Shown piece after piece: positions 11,626 through 24,689 of a DNA stretch of 50,182 nt. The first letter of the stretch is position 1. Every line of letters starts with the position of its first letter. The notes below the pieces were generated by a model. The model made no database searches. It was given only the letters and a program-made list of their open reading frames with translations, and had not been told where the DNA came from. The position numbers were made by a program, and so were the translations under genes. Source of the stretch: Chiloscyllium plagiosum (Eukaryota); assembly GCF_004010195.1 (NCBI RefSeq), contig NC_057719.1, positions 247,010 through 297,191 on the forward strand, in the 5' to 3' direction.

Positions 11626-12995
11626 ATAGGGGATGGCTGATTTAATATGTTTAGGGTGGAAACTAGAGAAGTGTAGCGTTGTGAGGCTATCCAGAGGTTT
11701 GCAATAGAGTGAGGTGCTGAGGTGCCCATCCTTGATGGAGATGCATGCGCTCGAGAATGAGACAGGTACTAAAGAATAGTCCACGGTAAGTCTGATGGTG
11801 GGATTAAACTCATTGATATCACTGTGTAGTTGTTTCAGTGACTCCTCGCCATGGGTCCAGAGGAAGAAAATGTTGTCACTACATCTGGTGTATAGTGTTG
11901 GTTGGAGGCCCTGTGCAGCAAAGAAGTCTTGTTCGAACTTGTGCATGAAATTCTTGGCATATTGGGGTGCAAATTTGGTCCCCACGGCTGTTGGATGGAT
12001 GAAGAACTGGTTGTCAAGGGTGAAAATGTTGTGGTCAAGGATGAAGCGAATGAGTTGTAGGATGTTGCTTGGAGATTGGCAGTTGTTGGCATTCAGTACT
12101 GAGGCTGTTGCCGCAAAGCCGTCATTGTGGGGGACGCTAGCGTAGAGTGCTGAAACATCAATTGTAATGAGGAAGTTCCTGGTTTGACTGGTCCATAGGT
12201 GCTGAGTTTCTGTAAGAAATCTGTAGTGTTGTGACAGAAGCTGGGGGTCCCCTCTACAATGGGTTTCAAGATGCCTTCAACATAGCAAGGAACGTTCGCT
12301 CACAGAGTTCCATTGCCTGATATGATGGGACGTCCTGGTGTGTTGGCTTTGTATATCCTTGGAAGGCAGTAGGAGTCCCCTATGTGCGAAGTACCTGGGA
12401 TGAGAGTGCGTGGGAACCTGAAGGACTGGATCGAAAGTCTTAATCAATGTGTTTACTTCATGGGTGTGTTCTTTGGTCGGATCGGCCGGTAATTGCCTGT
12501 AGTGTTTCTGGTTGTTCAGTTGTCGGAACACTTCCTTGCAGTATTCTGTTCTATTCTGAATGACGATGGCTCCTCCTTTATCGGCTGGTTTGATGACAAT
12601 GTCGCGATTGGTCTTGACAGCATGAATAGCGTTGTGTTGTGATCGGGTGATGTTTTGCTCTACCCTGTGGGTGCAGCTGATGAATCTGGCGTTCACACAT
12701 TTTCTAATGGTTTGAGCAAACATATCAAACCCAGGGCAGCAGTCTTCTTTGGTCGCTTCTCTACAGATCTCTCTGATGATTGTTCTGGTTCCTCGGTGGG
12801 TTCATTGGGATCACTGCTGACTGCTGACCTCTTGGAAGAATTCCCAGAGTCTCATTCGTCTGATGAATTCCTCTGTGTCTGCTGCAAGACCAATGGGGTC
12901 CATTATAGTGGTGGGGCAGAAATACAGCCCTTGGCTGAGAACTTCAATCTCTTCCGTTGAAGGGTGTGGTCCCAAAAATTGATGATCGATTTCCC
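11626..12995 (-). mobile_element. Penelope-like element RT fragment
   Basis: EVLSQGLYFCPT, DIVIKPADKGGAIVIQNRTEY, GTKFAPQYA..FM and LYTRCSDNIFFLWTHGEESL (degenerate YIDD). Frameshifted. Confidence 0.85.
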
Positions 12996-14929
12996 CGTGA
13001 TGAATATTTAACACAGCTCAAGAACTGCAGTTGGCTTTAATCCCTCCTTTTGAAGGGTAAAACACAAACCTGTTGTTTGTCTCACATCCAGAGTCTGGAA
13101 TGTAACCCACAGATGTTTTTCTAAGAGGATTGTCTTACACCTTTGCCTTTTGAAGTTTCTCTTTGAAGCACCCTTAGCATCTTACAAGGTGCGATATTCA
13201 GTGATTCACACAAGGAGTAGTTCAGCAGTCGGTAAATTCCATTGTTAGAAGTTACATTACGAGCTAGTCAACCAAACTAGGTGTGCAATTATTTTTTAAA
13301 AAAACAAAACTTCATATTCCAAAGGTTCAATATGTCCATAAGTAATTTAGGATCCTGATCCATCATAATGGCACTTTAAAACCTTGACAGTTCATTTCCT
13401 GCTTTTATTAAATTACTCACATCACTGATTTTTGGACTGATACTTGCTATTCTATTAAAACCTGATACTTTCCGTTAAACATTTTACTATTAGTTCAAGG
13501 GCAGGCACCCACTCGTAATTGTCCTGCAGTTGGTGTTTTGTTTAAAGTATTGCCCAAAAGAGCATCACTGAGTAGCTGTAGTGAATTTTGTAGGTAGTAC
13601 CTACTCATGCTGTACATTACTGGTAAAGAAAGTGGAAGTTGAAGTTGATGAATGCAGTACCAATTAAGCAGGCTGCTTTGTCCTGAATGGCATCAAGTTT
13701 CTTGACGTTGTTGGAGAGGCACTCATCCAGGCATGTGAGAATATTCCATTATGATACTGGATGGATGGTAGGCATGACTCAAGGTCAGGAGGCGAGTTAC
13801 TCACTGCAGAATTCCTAGCTTCTGTCCTATTCTTGCAGCCAATGTTGAATGAGACTGTGTAAATTTTAGAGTCATAGTGACGTACAGCACGGAAACAGAC
13901 CCTTTGGTCCAACCCGTCCATGCCGACCAGATATTCCAACCCAATCTAGTCCCACTTGCCAGCACCCAGCCCATATCCTATGCCTTTTGCTAAATGGTAA
14001 GTCCTACAATGTTGACGATAAGGTATTTTGCAATAGTGATGCGGTTGAATGTTATAAATAAGAATCTAGATGCTGCTCCATAGTCAAATATATTCAAGGC
14101 TGAGATAAATAGATATTTGTTGACGCAGCATATTAAGGTAAATGGGGAGTGGGCAGAAAAATGGAGTTGCAGCCTAAGAACATATTGAATAGCAGATCAA
14201 GAATACATGATCTACCCTTGCTTCCACTGACTATGCTATGATCAAGTGTAGTCTGATGGTGCAGAATTGTCATGATGGGATTTGCCTTACTTTTTGAAGA
14301 AAAGAAATGCCAAGCATTGTTGGATGCCAATGTTCTAACTGTGCTGGAACAGCATGGGCAGGAGCACAGCCCAAGTGGGTGAGTATTTCAGACAGGATGC
14401 TGTACTCAGGCTAAGACTGGGAATTGTGACATACAACTTACCTTTTTTCTCAAAGCCTATTCACCATTTCCGAGGCACAGATCAGAAGTGAAAAGGAATA
14501 ATCGTTTAGGCGTGTGCAACTCTGATAACACTTGGGTACACCCACAGTCCAGTGAAAGAATACTTTTAAAAGTCCAATGACTCAGCCATTTTTTGACATC
14601 AATGGAATGAATCAACTTGCCTGAAGACGGACATCTGACACCGGGGGCCTCAGAAGGACATCAAGATGGTCCCCCACCATCTTAATTTTTTTTGAAAAAC
14701 TGTAAAGTGGACATCATTTGCAAGGCCAGTATTTATTGCCCTTCCCTTTGAGAAAGTGTTGAGTACCTCCAGAATTACTGCAGTTCACATGATGCAAATA
14801 GATCAGTGTCACAGAAGGAGCTCCAGGATTCGACCTAAGTAAAAGAATATCAATACAGTTGAGCCTGGCTAATTCAGTCATATGAGACACAACCTCAGGG
14901 TTGTAAATTTCAGCCCCACACTCTATGCT

Positions 14930-15200
14930 TGGTTGGCAGTGGCTGGCATTGCTGCCTCACAGCTCCAGAGACCTGGGTTTGATTCTAACCTTGGGCAACA
15001 GCCTATGTAGAATTTGTATGTTCTTGTTGGGTCTGCACGAACTTCTGCTGAATGTTCTGGATTATGCTCACAGTCCCCAAAAATGTGCAGGTTAGGTGGA
15101 TTGGCTATGCTGAATTGCCCATAGTGTCCAGGGATGTGTAGACTCAGTGATTAGCCATGGTTAATGCAGGGATTACAGGGATGGAGAGGCAGGTTTGGAG
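14930..15200 (+). mobile_element. Degenerate HE1/V-type SINE
   Basis: Diverged match to the SINE at 15776-16095 (GCTGCCTCACAGC.CCAGAGACCTGGGTT; GTGCAGGTTAGGTGGATTGGC). Confidence 0.65.
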
Positions 15201-15214
15201 GGGGTTGGGTGGGA

Positions 15215-16445
15215 TTCACTTAGGAGGCACGGTTAGTAAGTTTGCAGATGACATCAAAATTTGAGGTGCAGTGGACAGTGAAGAAGGTTACACCAGAGTA
15301 CGTCATCTTGATCAGATGGGCTAATAAGTGGCAAATGGAGTTTAATTTAGATAAATGAGGTGTTGCACTTTGGAAAGTCAAATCAGGGTAAGACTTAGAC
15401 ACTTAGTGGTGTGGTCCTACGGCGTGTTGCTGAAGAGAGACCTTGGAGTACAGGTTCATAGTTTCTTGAAAGTGGAGTCACAGTGAGATAGGATAGTGAA
15501 GGTAGCATTTGGCTTGTTTTCCTTTATTACACAAACCATGGAGTATAGGAGTTGGGAGGTAACATTGTAGCTGCAGAGGACATTGGTTAGGACAGTTTTG
15601 GAGTATTGTATGCAATTCTAGTCTCCTTCCTATTGGAAGAATGTTGTGAAACTTGAAAGGGTCCAGAAAAGATTTACAAGGATGGTGCTAGGGTTGGAGG
15701 AGTTGAGCTGTAGGGAGAGGCTGAATACACTAGGACTGTTTTCCCTGCAGCGTCAGAGGCTGAGGGGTAATCTTATTAGATTAGATTAGATTACTTACAG
15801 TGAGGAAACAGGCCCTTCGGCCCAACAAGTCCACACTGCCCCGCCGAAGCGCAACCCACCCATACCCCCACATTTACCCCTTACCTAACACTACGGGCAA
15901 TTTAGCATGGCCAATTCACCTGACCTGCACATCTTTGGACTGTGAGAGGAAACCAGAGCACCTGGAGGAAACCCACGCAGACACGGGGAGAATGTGCAAA
16001 CTCCACACAGTCAGTCGCCTGAGGCGGGAATTGAACCCGGGTCTCTGGCGCTGTGAGGCAGCAGTGCTAACCACTGTGCCACCGTGCCGCCCACAAAAAT
16101 CATGAGGGGCATGGATAGGGTAAATAGACAATTTCCTGGGTTGGGGGAGTCCAGAACTAGGAGGCAAAGGTTTAGGGTGAGAGGGGAAAAAGTTTAAAGG
16201 GAGCTAAGGGGCAATCTTTTCACATCGAGTTTGGTGTCCATATGGAATGAGCTGCCAGAGGAAGTGGTGGAGGCTGGTACAATTACATCATTTAAAAGGT
16301 ACCTGGATGGATATATGAATAGGAAGGGTTTAGACGGATATGGACCAAGTACTGGCGAATGGGACTACATTAGATTAGGATATCCGGTCAGCATGGATGA
16401 ATTGGACCAAAGGGTCTGTTTCCATGCCGTATACCTTTATGAGTC
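15215..16445 (+). mobile_element. CR1-type LINE 3' portion interrupted by a SINE
   Basis: Starts at the SKFADD motif (AGTAAGTTTGCAGATGAC) and continues to WNELPEEVVEAGTI and the 3' UTR. Multiple stops. Confidence 0.85.
15776..16095 (-). mobile_element. HE1/V-SINE (tRNA-derived), young full-length copy
   Basis: A box GGTGGCACAGTGG and B box GGTTCAATTCC, V-domain GTGTGGAGTTTGCACATTCTCCCCGTGTCTGCGTGGGTTTCC and (CTAAT)n tail. Confidence 0.88.
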
Positions 16446-16819
16446 GAGTGCGTGGTGCTGGAAAATCAGAGCAGGTCAGGTAGCATCGACGTTCCGGGAA
16501 TAAGCCCTTCATGAGGAATGCATCTTTATGAGTCTATGAAGAGTCGGCATAGATCCAAACAGGCTGAACAGCCTCTATTGACACTGTAGAGATTCTATGA
16601 TTCATTAAATTAGGACAGGCTGCAGCTTGCTCAAGAAACTCCAGATGGCAGTCTTTCCACATAACTGCTACTCTTGTCCCTCTGCATGGTAGAGATAGTG
16701 TTTGGAACATGCTGTCAAAGCAGGCTTAGTGAATTGCTATAATGCATCTTCCAGTGGCACATGTGCATACCAAATATATTGATGGTGCAGGAAATAAACA
16801 GTTACAATGGGATATTCCT

Positions 16820-19800
16820 GGCAGGGAACCTCCAGGGTGGAGAGATAAATGAAAGGGGTGGGGGAGAGAAAATAGCATAGAGTACAATAGGTAAATGGGG
16901 GTGGGGATGGAGGTGATAGGTTGGAGTGGATAGGTGGAAAGGAAGATAGGTTGGTAGGACAGGTCATGGGGACGGTGCTGAGCTGGAAGGTTGGAACTGG
17001 GGTGAGGTGGGAGGAGGGGAAATGAGGATACTGGTGAAGTCCACATTGATGCCATGCGTTGAAGTGTTCTGAGGTGGAAGATGAAGCGTTCTTCCGCCAG
17101 GCGTCAGGTGGTGAACAGCAGAGTGGGAGCGGGAAGTTGAAATGTTGAGCTATAGGGCGGTGGGGTTGATTGGAAATAGCTCTTTACTGACCAATGGTAA
17201 TGCCTTTGAACAGAAAGAGGCAATAGGTAGATGCTCTTGTTGAAACCATCATTACCTGGTACATGTTTTGCACAAATATTACTTTCCATTTGTCAATAAA
17301 ACTAGGATTTTGCTCCAGTCTATCTACATATTGTATATCAGTATCGGAGGAGTCGCACATGATGCTCAGCATTGAATAATATGAACAGTGAATATTCATA
17401 TACCTGATCTTATGGTGAAGGGAAGGTCATTGAAGGAGATGTCATGAAAAAGGTTAACCACTTTTTTTTGTGCTGGTTATGAAAATTAGTGAAGAATTCT
17501 CCCTCACTCCCCTCTCTGGCTCACTGTATAACTTCCACCACCATTAACAGGATGTGACAACCCCAGAGTTATGATCTGATCCAATGACTGTGAAATCACT
17601 TATCCCTATTGCTTCTACTATTTAGCATGCATCCTCTAGAGTTGCTTCATCTTATTAAAACCTGAAAGAACAATGGAAATCAGAAACAAAACAGAAACTG
17701 CTGGAAAAACTCAGGTCTGGCAGCATCTGTGGAGAGAAAGCAGAGATAATATTTTGGATCCAGTGACCCTTTAGAATTGATGGTAGCTAGGAAAAGGTTG
17801 GTATTTATGCAGATTAGGCTTTGGTAGGGCTTAGGCGGTAATACACAACAGGTGGAGATAGAGTCCAGATGGAAAAATATTGGGCATAAAAAGAAATAGG
17901 TAAAGGTTAGCCGAAGAGAATGAATAGTTGCTAATGGGGACGATTAGAAGCTGACAATGGGTTTTGTGGTAGCAGCCAATGTGATGACAAGACCTGCTAT
18001 GTGGGGGGGGGGGGGGGGGTAAGAACATGGATGAAGGTGCTTCAAGCCCTAACATCTTTGAACTCAGTATGGAGGCCAGAAGGCTGCAGAATCCACAAGC
18101 AGAAAATCAAGGTGCTCTTCTTCCAGTTTTTGCTGAACTTTGCTCGATAACTGCAGCAGCCCTGACACAGACATATTGGCCAGGGAACAGTGGTGTGCTG
18201 AGGTGGTAGGCAACTAGAGGCTCAAGGTCAGCTTTGCAGACAGAACATAGGCGTTCTGCAAAGTAGGCACCTACTTATACACCTTCTGTTGTTATAGGGA
18301 AAGGTGCTGTGGGTCGGTGGGGGAAGCGTTGGGAGTGAAGGAGTAGTAGACCATGGTGTTCCGGAGGAAATGGACCTTGCCAAAGGCTGACAATGGAAGG
18401 GAACGTGTGTCTGGCGGTGGCATCCCTCTGGAGGTGGTGTAAATGGCAGCTAATGAACTTCTGGATGTGGATGGCGGTGAGAATGGGAGGTGAACATGAA
18501 GGGGACACTATCGCTGCTGTGGGAGGGAAGACCAGGGATAAAAGGTCAAAGTGGAGATGGTTTGGAACCAGCTGATGGCCCTGTCAACCACAGTGCTGGG
18601 AAATCCTCAGTTGAGGAAGACAGAGGACCCCTTGTCAAAACTGGCATCAGAACCAATGTGACAGACAGAGGAATGGGAGAATGGAATAGATTCTTTACAG
18701 GAAGCAGGGTGTGAGGATGTATAGTCCAGGTAACTGTGGGACTCTAAATTCATAGTGGAAGTTGGCAGCTGGCCTATCCCCAGACACGGAAACAGATGTC
18801 AAGGAAGGGAAGGGAGGAGTCAGATGGACCAGGCGAAGGAGCGTGTGTTGGGTAGAAATTGGAAGCGAAATAGAAAACTTTTCCAATTCTAGATGAAGGG
18901 GAAGCAGCACAGATGACATCATCGATATACCCGAACAGACAGTCATAGTCAGGCTGCATCAGGTGGTAGAGAAGTCAATGTTTTGGGTGTAACCCTTCTT
19001 CAGGACTGGGGATGGGTGTGGGGGTCCCTGCAGATAATAGGAGTGGCAAGGTAGGGTGGTGAAGTGGGGATAGGTGAAGACAGGTAGAGGGCATGACCTG
19101 GTTGGTCAATGGGAGGAATGAATCGGTTGGTGGCTGGGAGGAATGGAAGGGAGGGGAAGGGGCTGAGTAGGGAGTCAGGGGATGGGGAGGGAGGTTATTT
19201 GAAATTGGAAAACCTAATGTGGAGTCATCTAGGAACACATGGCCACACCTTTCACTGAAGTAAGAAAGAGGAGTTAAAAGAGAAGTCGCTCGGGGGAGTG
19301 GAAGATGGATGGGGATGGTTTGGCCTTTATTCCAGGAAGAATCAAAGAGCCCAGAGATCATCCTGCTGGAGAATGGACATGTAAAAGGGATTACATGCCC
19401 ATGGTAAAGAGCTGGTGGCTGGAGACACAACCTGGAAATTCTGACACTGAAAGTCAGAGGAATCGCAGATGTAAGTGGGAAGGAGCTGGAAGGGGGGAGA
19501 AAACAGCGAATCAAGGTAGGAAGAGATGGGTTCTGTGGGGCAGGAGCAAACAATGGGTCTGTTCAGGCAGCTCTGTTTGTGGATTTTGGCAAGGAGGTAG
19601 AAGTGAGCTGAGAGAGATTGGGAGATGAATTTGGAGGCAGATGAAATAAGGTTAGTGACGTGAGTGGGCAAAATAGCCTGGTATCCCATGATAGGGTCCT
19701 GGGGAGATAGGTGGTGGTATGAGAGCTGGCACTCAGCCTCTGCAATGTAGAGGTCAGTCTGCCAGACAACATCAGCACCACCCTTGGTGGCTGGCTTGAT

Positions 19801-19850
19801 TGCAAAGATTGGATCTGAGAACATGGAGTGCAGTCAGTTCTGAGGAAGAT
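16820..19850 (-). mobile_element. Several decayed Penelope-like fragments (terminal repeats, GIY-YIG tail, RT)
   Basis: AIKPATKGGADVVWQTDLYIAEA, RPIVCSCPTEPISSYLD, FGYIDD and SLPFLDI remnants. GATGCTGCCAGACC-type terminal repeat at about 17670-17770. Interspersed with other repeats. Confidence 0.7.
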
Positions 19851-20416
19851 CGGTTGGAATAGGTAATGGGGACACAGAAATCAAGGCGACTAATATCAAG
19901 TCACCAGTTCTCAATGAACAGATCAAGCACAGGTAAAAGGCCAGAGGGAGGGATCGAATGTGAAGGGAGGTGCTGGAAATGGGTAAAGGGGTCTGTGGGA
20001 CAGGAAGAGGACTCTCATCCATTCACTACAGCTCCAGACAACAAGGAAACCAGCTTTTCAGCCATGAAACATACAAATTAGATGCTGAAGGCCAATCAGC
20101 CTCCACAAGCCTGCTCCACATTCTCACCAATCCTCAAATGACATTTCACCTCCTTGCTTACCAAGAACCTACATCTGCCTTAAAAATATTCAAAAGGCCC
20201 AATCCCACACTGCCTTTTGAGGAGTTCCAAAGATTCCCAACTCTCAGGAAGAAATAATTTCTTTCTATTTTAAGCATGGGACTCATCTATGTCAAGACAC
20301 TTCAGTATCTTGTATAAAACAAATATATTCCAAAGACTAGAAATCTGAAAACATTGGGAGAAATTCAGCAGGTTTGACATTAACTGTGGGGAAAGAATAT
20401 CAACATTTTGAATCAA

Positions 20417-22223
20417 GTTAAAAAAAAAATCACCTCACCAGGTTATAGTCCAACAGGTTTATTTCGAAGCACTAGCTTTCGGAGCGTTGCTCCTTCATCA
20501 GGTGGTTGTGGAGTATAAGTTTGTAAGACAATTTATAGCAAAAGTTTACAGTATAATGTAACTGAAATTATATAATGAAAAAGTCCTAGATTGTTTGTCA
20601 AGTCTCTCATCTTTTAGAATGACCATATTAGTTTCAGTTCTTTCATATGTAAATCGCAAAATTTTTTAAAAGTTACATTCTCAAGTGAACATTAACAATG
20701 GAGGTCGTGTCAGCCCTGATAATGTATTGAAGGTGCAAGCTGCCCTGTGTGAGGCTGTCTGTACCACAATGGTCAGACGGATTCTAATCTAAAAAATTGA
20801 TTTATAGAATCTTACAGGGATTCATGCAGCTTTTGGGCAAAGTAAAATGTAATTCTGCAAATAGAAATTCAGCCCACAAACTTGTGTGGGTGGGTGCGAT
20901 TCTGCATGAGCGTATGACAGAGGGTCTGCATGTGTACAGTGCAATAGGGCCAGCTGTAGTGTGACATGAACCCAAGGTCCCGGTTGAGGCCATCCCCATG
21001 GGTACTGAATTTGGCTATCAGCCTCCGCTTGGCCACTTTTCGTTGTTGCCAGCCCTGAAATCCACCTTGAAGGTCAGTCACCCGAAGGTCAGAGGTTTAA
21101 TGTCCCAGACCACTAAAGTGTTCTGCGAGTGGGAGGGAACACTCCTGTATGTTGATTGTTGTGCAGTGTCCATTCATCCATTGGTGAAACCAAGCGGAAG
21201 CTTCGGCAATGTACCATGCCTCAGGGCATTTTCGCCTGCAGCGTATGAGATAGACAACATTGGCTGAGTCGCAAGAGTACCTGCGAGACATGGTGTGAGG
21301 TGTCCCCACATGTAATGGTGGCATCCATGTTGATATTTTGACTCTTCGTACAACCTTGTCACGGTAGACACTGCATGTATTGTCCTGAAAGCTAGGCAGT
21401 TTGCTATGAACAATGATCTGTTTGAGGTTTGATGGTTGTTTAAAAGCAAGCAGTGGAGGTGTGGGGAAGGTCTTGGGAGGTGCTCATCCTCATTGATAAT
21501 GTGTTGCAGACTGCAAAGAACATGGCGTAGTTTTTTGGCTCCTGGGAAGTACTGGACAACAAAGGGTATCCTGTCGGTGTCTGTCTCCCGAGGTCATTTA
21601 TGGTTCCTCGTTGTGGCACATCGGAACTGGCGGTCAATGAGTTGAGCATCTTACCCTGTTCCTATGAGGGCATCGTTGAGTACTTCCAAGTGCCCGTCGT
21701 GTTCCTCCTCAGCTGAACAGATCCGGTGTATGCGGAGGGCTTGCCCATAGGGGATGGCTGTTTTAATATGTTTCGGGTGGAAGCTGGAGAAGTGTACAGT
21801 TATCTGTGGGTTTGCAGTACAGTGAGGTGCCCATTTGATTAAAAATCAGTCTGACTATTGTGGCACAGTCTCACACAGGGCACCTCACACCTTCAATGCA
21901 TTATCAGGGCCGACATGACACCAATTGTTGAAGTTCACTTGAGAATGTAACTTTTTAAAAGAAAAGTTTTGCGATTTACATGTGAAAGAACTGAAACCAA
22001 CATGGTCATTCTAAAAGATGAGAGACTGTCAATATATAATTTCAGTTACATCACACTGTAAACTTTCACTATAAATTCTGTGTCTTACAATGTTATACTC
22101 CACAACCACCTGATGAAGGAGCAGCATTCCGCAAGCCAGTGCTTCCAAATAAACCTGTTGGACGATAACTTGGTGTTGTGATTTTTAACTTTGTACACCC
22201 CAGTCCAACACTGACATCTCCAA
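20417..22223 (-). mobile_element. Penelope-like element (family B) with GIY-YIG remnant and inverted terminal arm
   Basis: RYSCDSANVVYLIRCRRKCPEAWYI GIY-YIG remnant. 20417-20800 is inversely repeated at about 21835-22200. Perfect 12-bp TSD ATTTTGAATCAA at 20405-20416 and 22224-22235. Confidence 0.88.
20470..20504 (-). ncRNA. Minimal type I hammerhead ribozyme motif (family B)
   Basis: CAC-CUGAUGA-A-GGAGC-AAC-GCUCC-GAAA-GC-UA-GUG: intact core, 5-bp stem II, palindromic AGCU stem III, stem I CAC/GUG. Confidence 0.75.
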
Positions 22224-23082
22224 ATTTTGAATCAAATACAACTCTTCCTCAGAGCTGAAAAGGGTTGGGAAAAATGGTGGATTTTATACTTTTGACAGAG
22301 GCAGAGGAGGAAGAATGGTGTGGAGGTGCAGAGGTGCATAAGACAAAGGCATTGCTAATGGGGGTGAAAGAGAAGTAGACGTGGAAACTAGCTGCCAATT
22401 AAGTGGTGAAATGGGTTCTCTTAGCCATAATTCCCCTCAAGGTGTTTCAATCAAGTTGCTCTTCCAAACTCCAGGTGATGCAAGTTTGGCCTGTACAACT
22501 TTTCCTCACTAGACAACCCTTTCATTTCAGGTGCAGTCAAGTAAACCTCCTGAGTATCTACTCTAAGCATTCTTGAAGATCAAGACCATTTCTCAATTTT
22601 TCAAAATCCATAAAATATTGGGTCATTTAGTGAACCTCAAAACCAGCTTCCAACTCAAGAAATTATTCGAGTACAGTACTGTCCCCAAACACTTATGGAA
22701 GATACAGCACGGAGTTAGAAACAGACTAAAGATCTCTCTACACCAAAGTTAGTAGAACAATTGCATCAATGTGATTTCATCATAAGCCAATGCCTTGGAA
22801 TTAGAATAGAAAACAGACTGTCCATTGGTAAGAAACTGTAGGCAATTTTGTAAATGGCCAGGTTGACAGTGTTGCAAATGCCCTTGGTTACAGGGTACCT
22901 TCAACCACCAGAGTATTGTGGGCAAAGGGCTGGAGAACAATACATTACCAACTAAAACATCAGTAAGAGTGAGTATGGTTCTACAGAGGGAGTAATGGTA
23001 ATGCATGACCTTGTTCATAGACTGGCTTTAAGCACCTCTCAAAACAGCTGTCAAATTTTAAAGGAAAAATCACATAATACAT

Positions 23083-23088
23083 TTTATT
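23083..23088 (-). terminator. Probable GLRX5 polyadenylation signal (AATAAA)
   Basis: TTTATT on + strand about 270 nt after the GLRX5 stop, followed on the minus strand by a GT/T-rich tract. Confidence 0.6.
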
Positions 23089-23359
23089 AACTGATTAAAA
23101 ATCCAAGGCATTAAAAAAACCACTATTGTACGATCTGCTGTTTAAACCTCCTTTACCATTTTGTTTTGTCCACGAGGGCTATGATTGTTGGGTCCAAAAG
23201 GACGAAGGAGAGAGTATCATTCATGTATAAACACCAGCCTCTAATGGGCTCCTACTCCAGCTTTCTTCAAGATCCGCTTGGCGACACAGTAATACTTCAT
23301 ATAAAACTGGCAACGCCATCCTCAGACTACAGTCCAGTTGATTCTGGGCACTGATTATT

Positions 23360-23535
23360 CTATTTTTTGTCCTCTTTCTCAGCATCTAAAAGTGCAGAGC
23401 GGATGCCAAGTTTCTTCAGTTCCTCCACGAGGTCCCCATTCTGATGCATCTGTAGTAGGATATCACAACCACCCACAAATTCACCGTCAAAGTAGATCTG
23501 AGGTATTGTCGGCCAGTTGGAATAGTTTTTAATAC
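23360..23535 (-). CDS. GLRX5: Glutaredoxin-5, mitochondrial, coding exon 2
   Basis: Acceptor AAACAG|GT at 23536/23535, in phase with exon 1 (340+176=516 nt, 171 aa plus stop). Encodes (G)[57 protein letters not shown], with the WPTIPQ and GGCD glutaredoxin motifs. Confidence 0.97.
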
Positions 23536-24689
23536 CTGTTTCAGACAAAACAAATAACGAATGAATAAACGAACGAAGAGTTTATCAAGTTCCTCTATCC
23601 CGGTTTCCCGCTCCTTCCCCCGTCTCCAATAATTTCAAAGCTTTACCGCAAGCTTGGGTATTTGGACAATTAGGTATTTGGCCCCTTGAGCTTGCTCTGA
23701 CATTCACAAGATTAATCATTAAATTCAAGTCCAGTTCCTATCCTATTCCCATATCCCTTGATTTTTTTTCAAATTTATTTGTGGGATATGTCTCTTGCTG
23801 GCTCAGCCAGCACATAAATGTCCTCTGAGCAATCAGGGATGGACAGTAAGTGTCAAGCACACCACTGCAGATGTGGAGTCACAAGTAGGCCAGGTAAGGG
23901 TGGCAGGTTTCTTTCTCCAAAAGAACATTAGAGAACCAGCTGGGTTTTCCTGAAAATTGCCAGTGATCACTTGAGCCTTAATTCAAGATTTTTAATATTT
24001 CAGAATACTGAATTCAAATATCATCATCTACTAGAGTGGGATTTTAACACAGATCCACAGAATATTACCCAGGTCTTTGGATTAAAAGTCTAGCAATAAT
24101 ATCACTAGGCCATTGCCTCCCCAACAACTTATCCATCTGAGCCTTAAATATATTCAATGTCTGAGCAGCCATGGGTCCTTGGGGTAGAGTATTTCAGAAG
24201 ATTCAGGAAAGTCAAGGAATTCTATATCTTAGCCCAGAATTGTTATATCCTCAAAGTAGGCTTCCTAGCTCTGGATTCACTAACCAGGAGCAACAATGCT
24301 CAACATTTAGCATAAGCTTTTTAAAAAAAATTGTCTAAGTAAACTCTCTCTCAATTTTACCTTCACAATAAGATATCTTATTCTAAACTTCAGTGAGTAC
24401 AAGCTCATTTTACTCAAAGTTGCTTGAAGAGACAGACAATATTCTCAGTCTTTACTGCACTCTGACATCTTTCTCTCACTCCCACCACCCACTTTTCATT
24501 CTCACATTGCAACCCCTTTCAATAAACATACGTATGGGGTAAAACAACTTCATTCCACATACAAATTCCTGAGTATCCAGATTCAGTCGTTTCTCACCCA
24601 TTCACTTTTTTGCCTTTTATTGAAAAAGATTTAGGATTTTTTTTTTTTTTTTTTACAAAATTATAAAGTTACTATAAAATAGTATTACA

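Noticed and set aside
16020..16095. tRNA-like sequence (also about 46770-46842)
   Set aside because: It is the tRNA-derived head of HE1/V-SINEs, continuing into the SINE body and tail.
1..22700. TUNAR/TCL1-like genes expected downstream of GLRX5 by human synteny
   Set aside because: No matching peptide or exon was recognised by eye. Short or diverged exons could have been missed.
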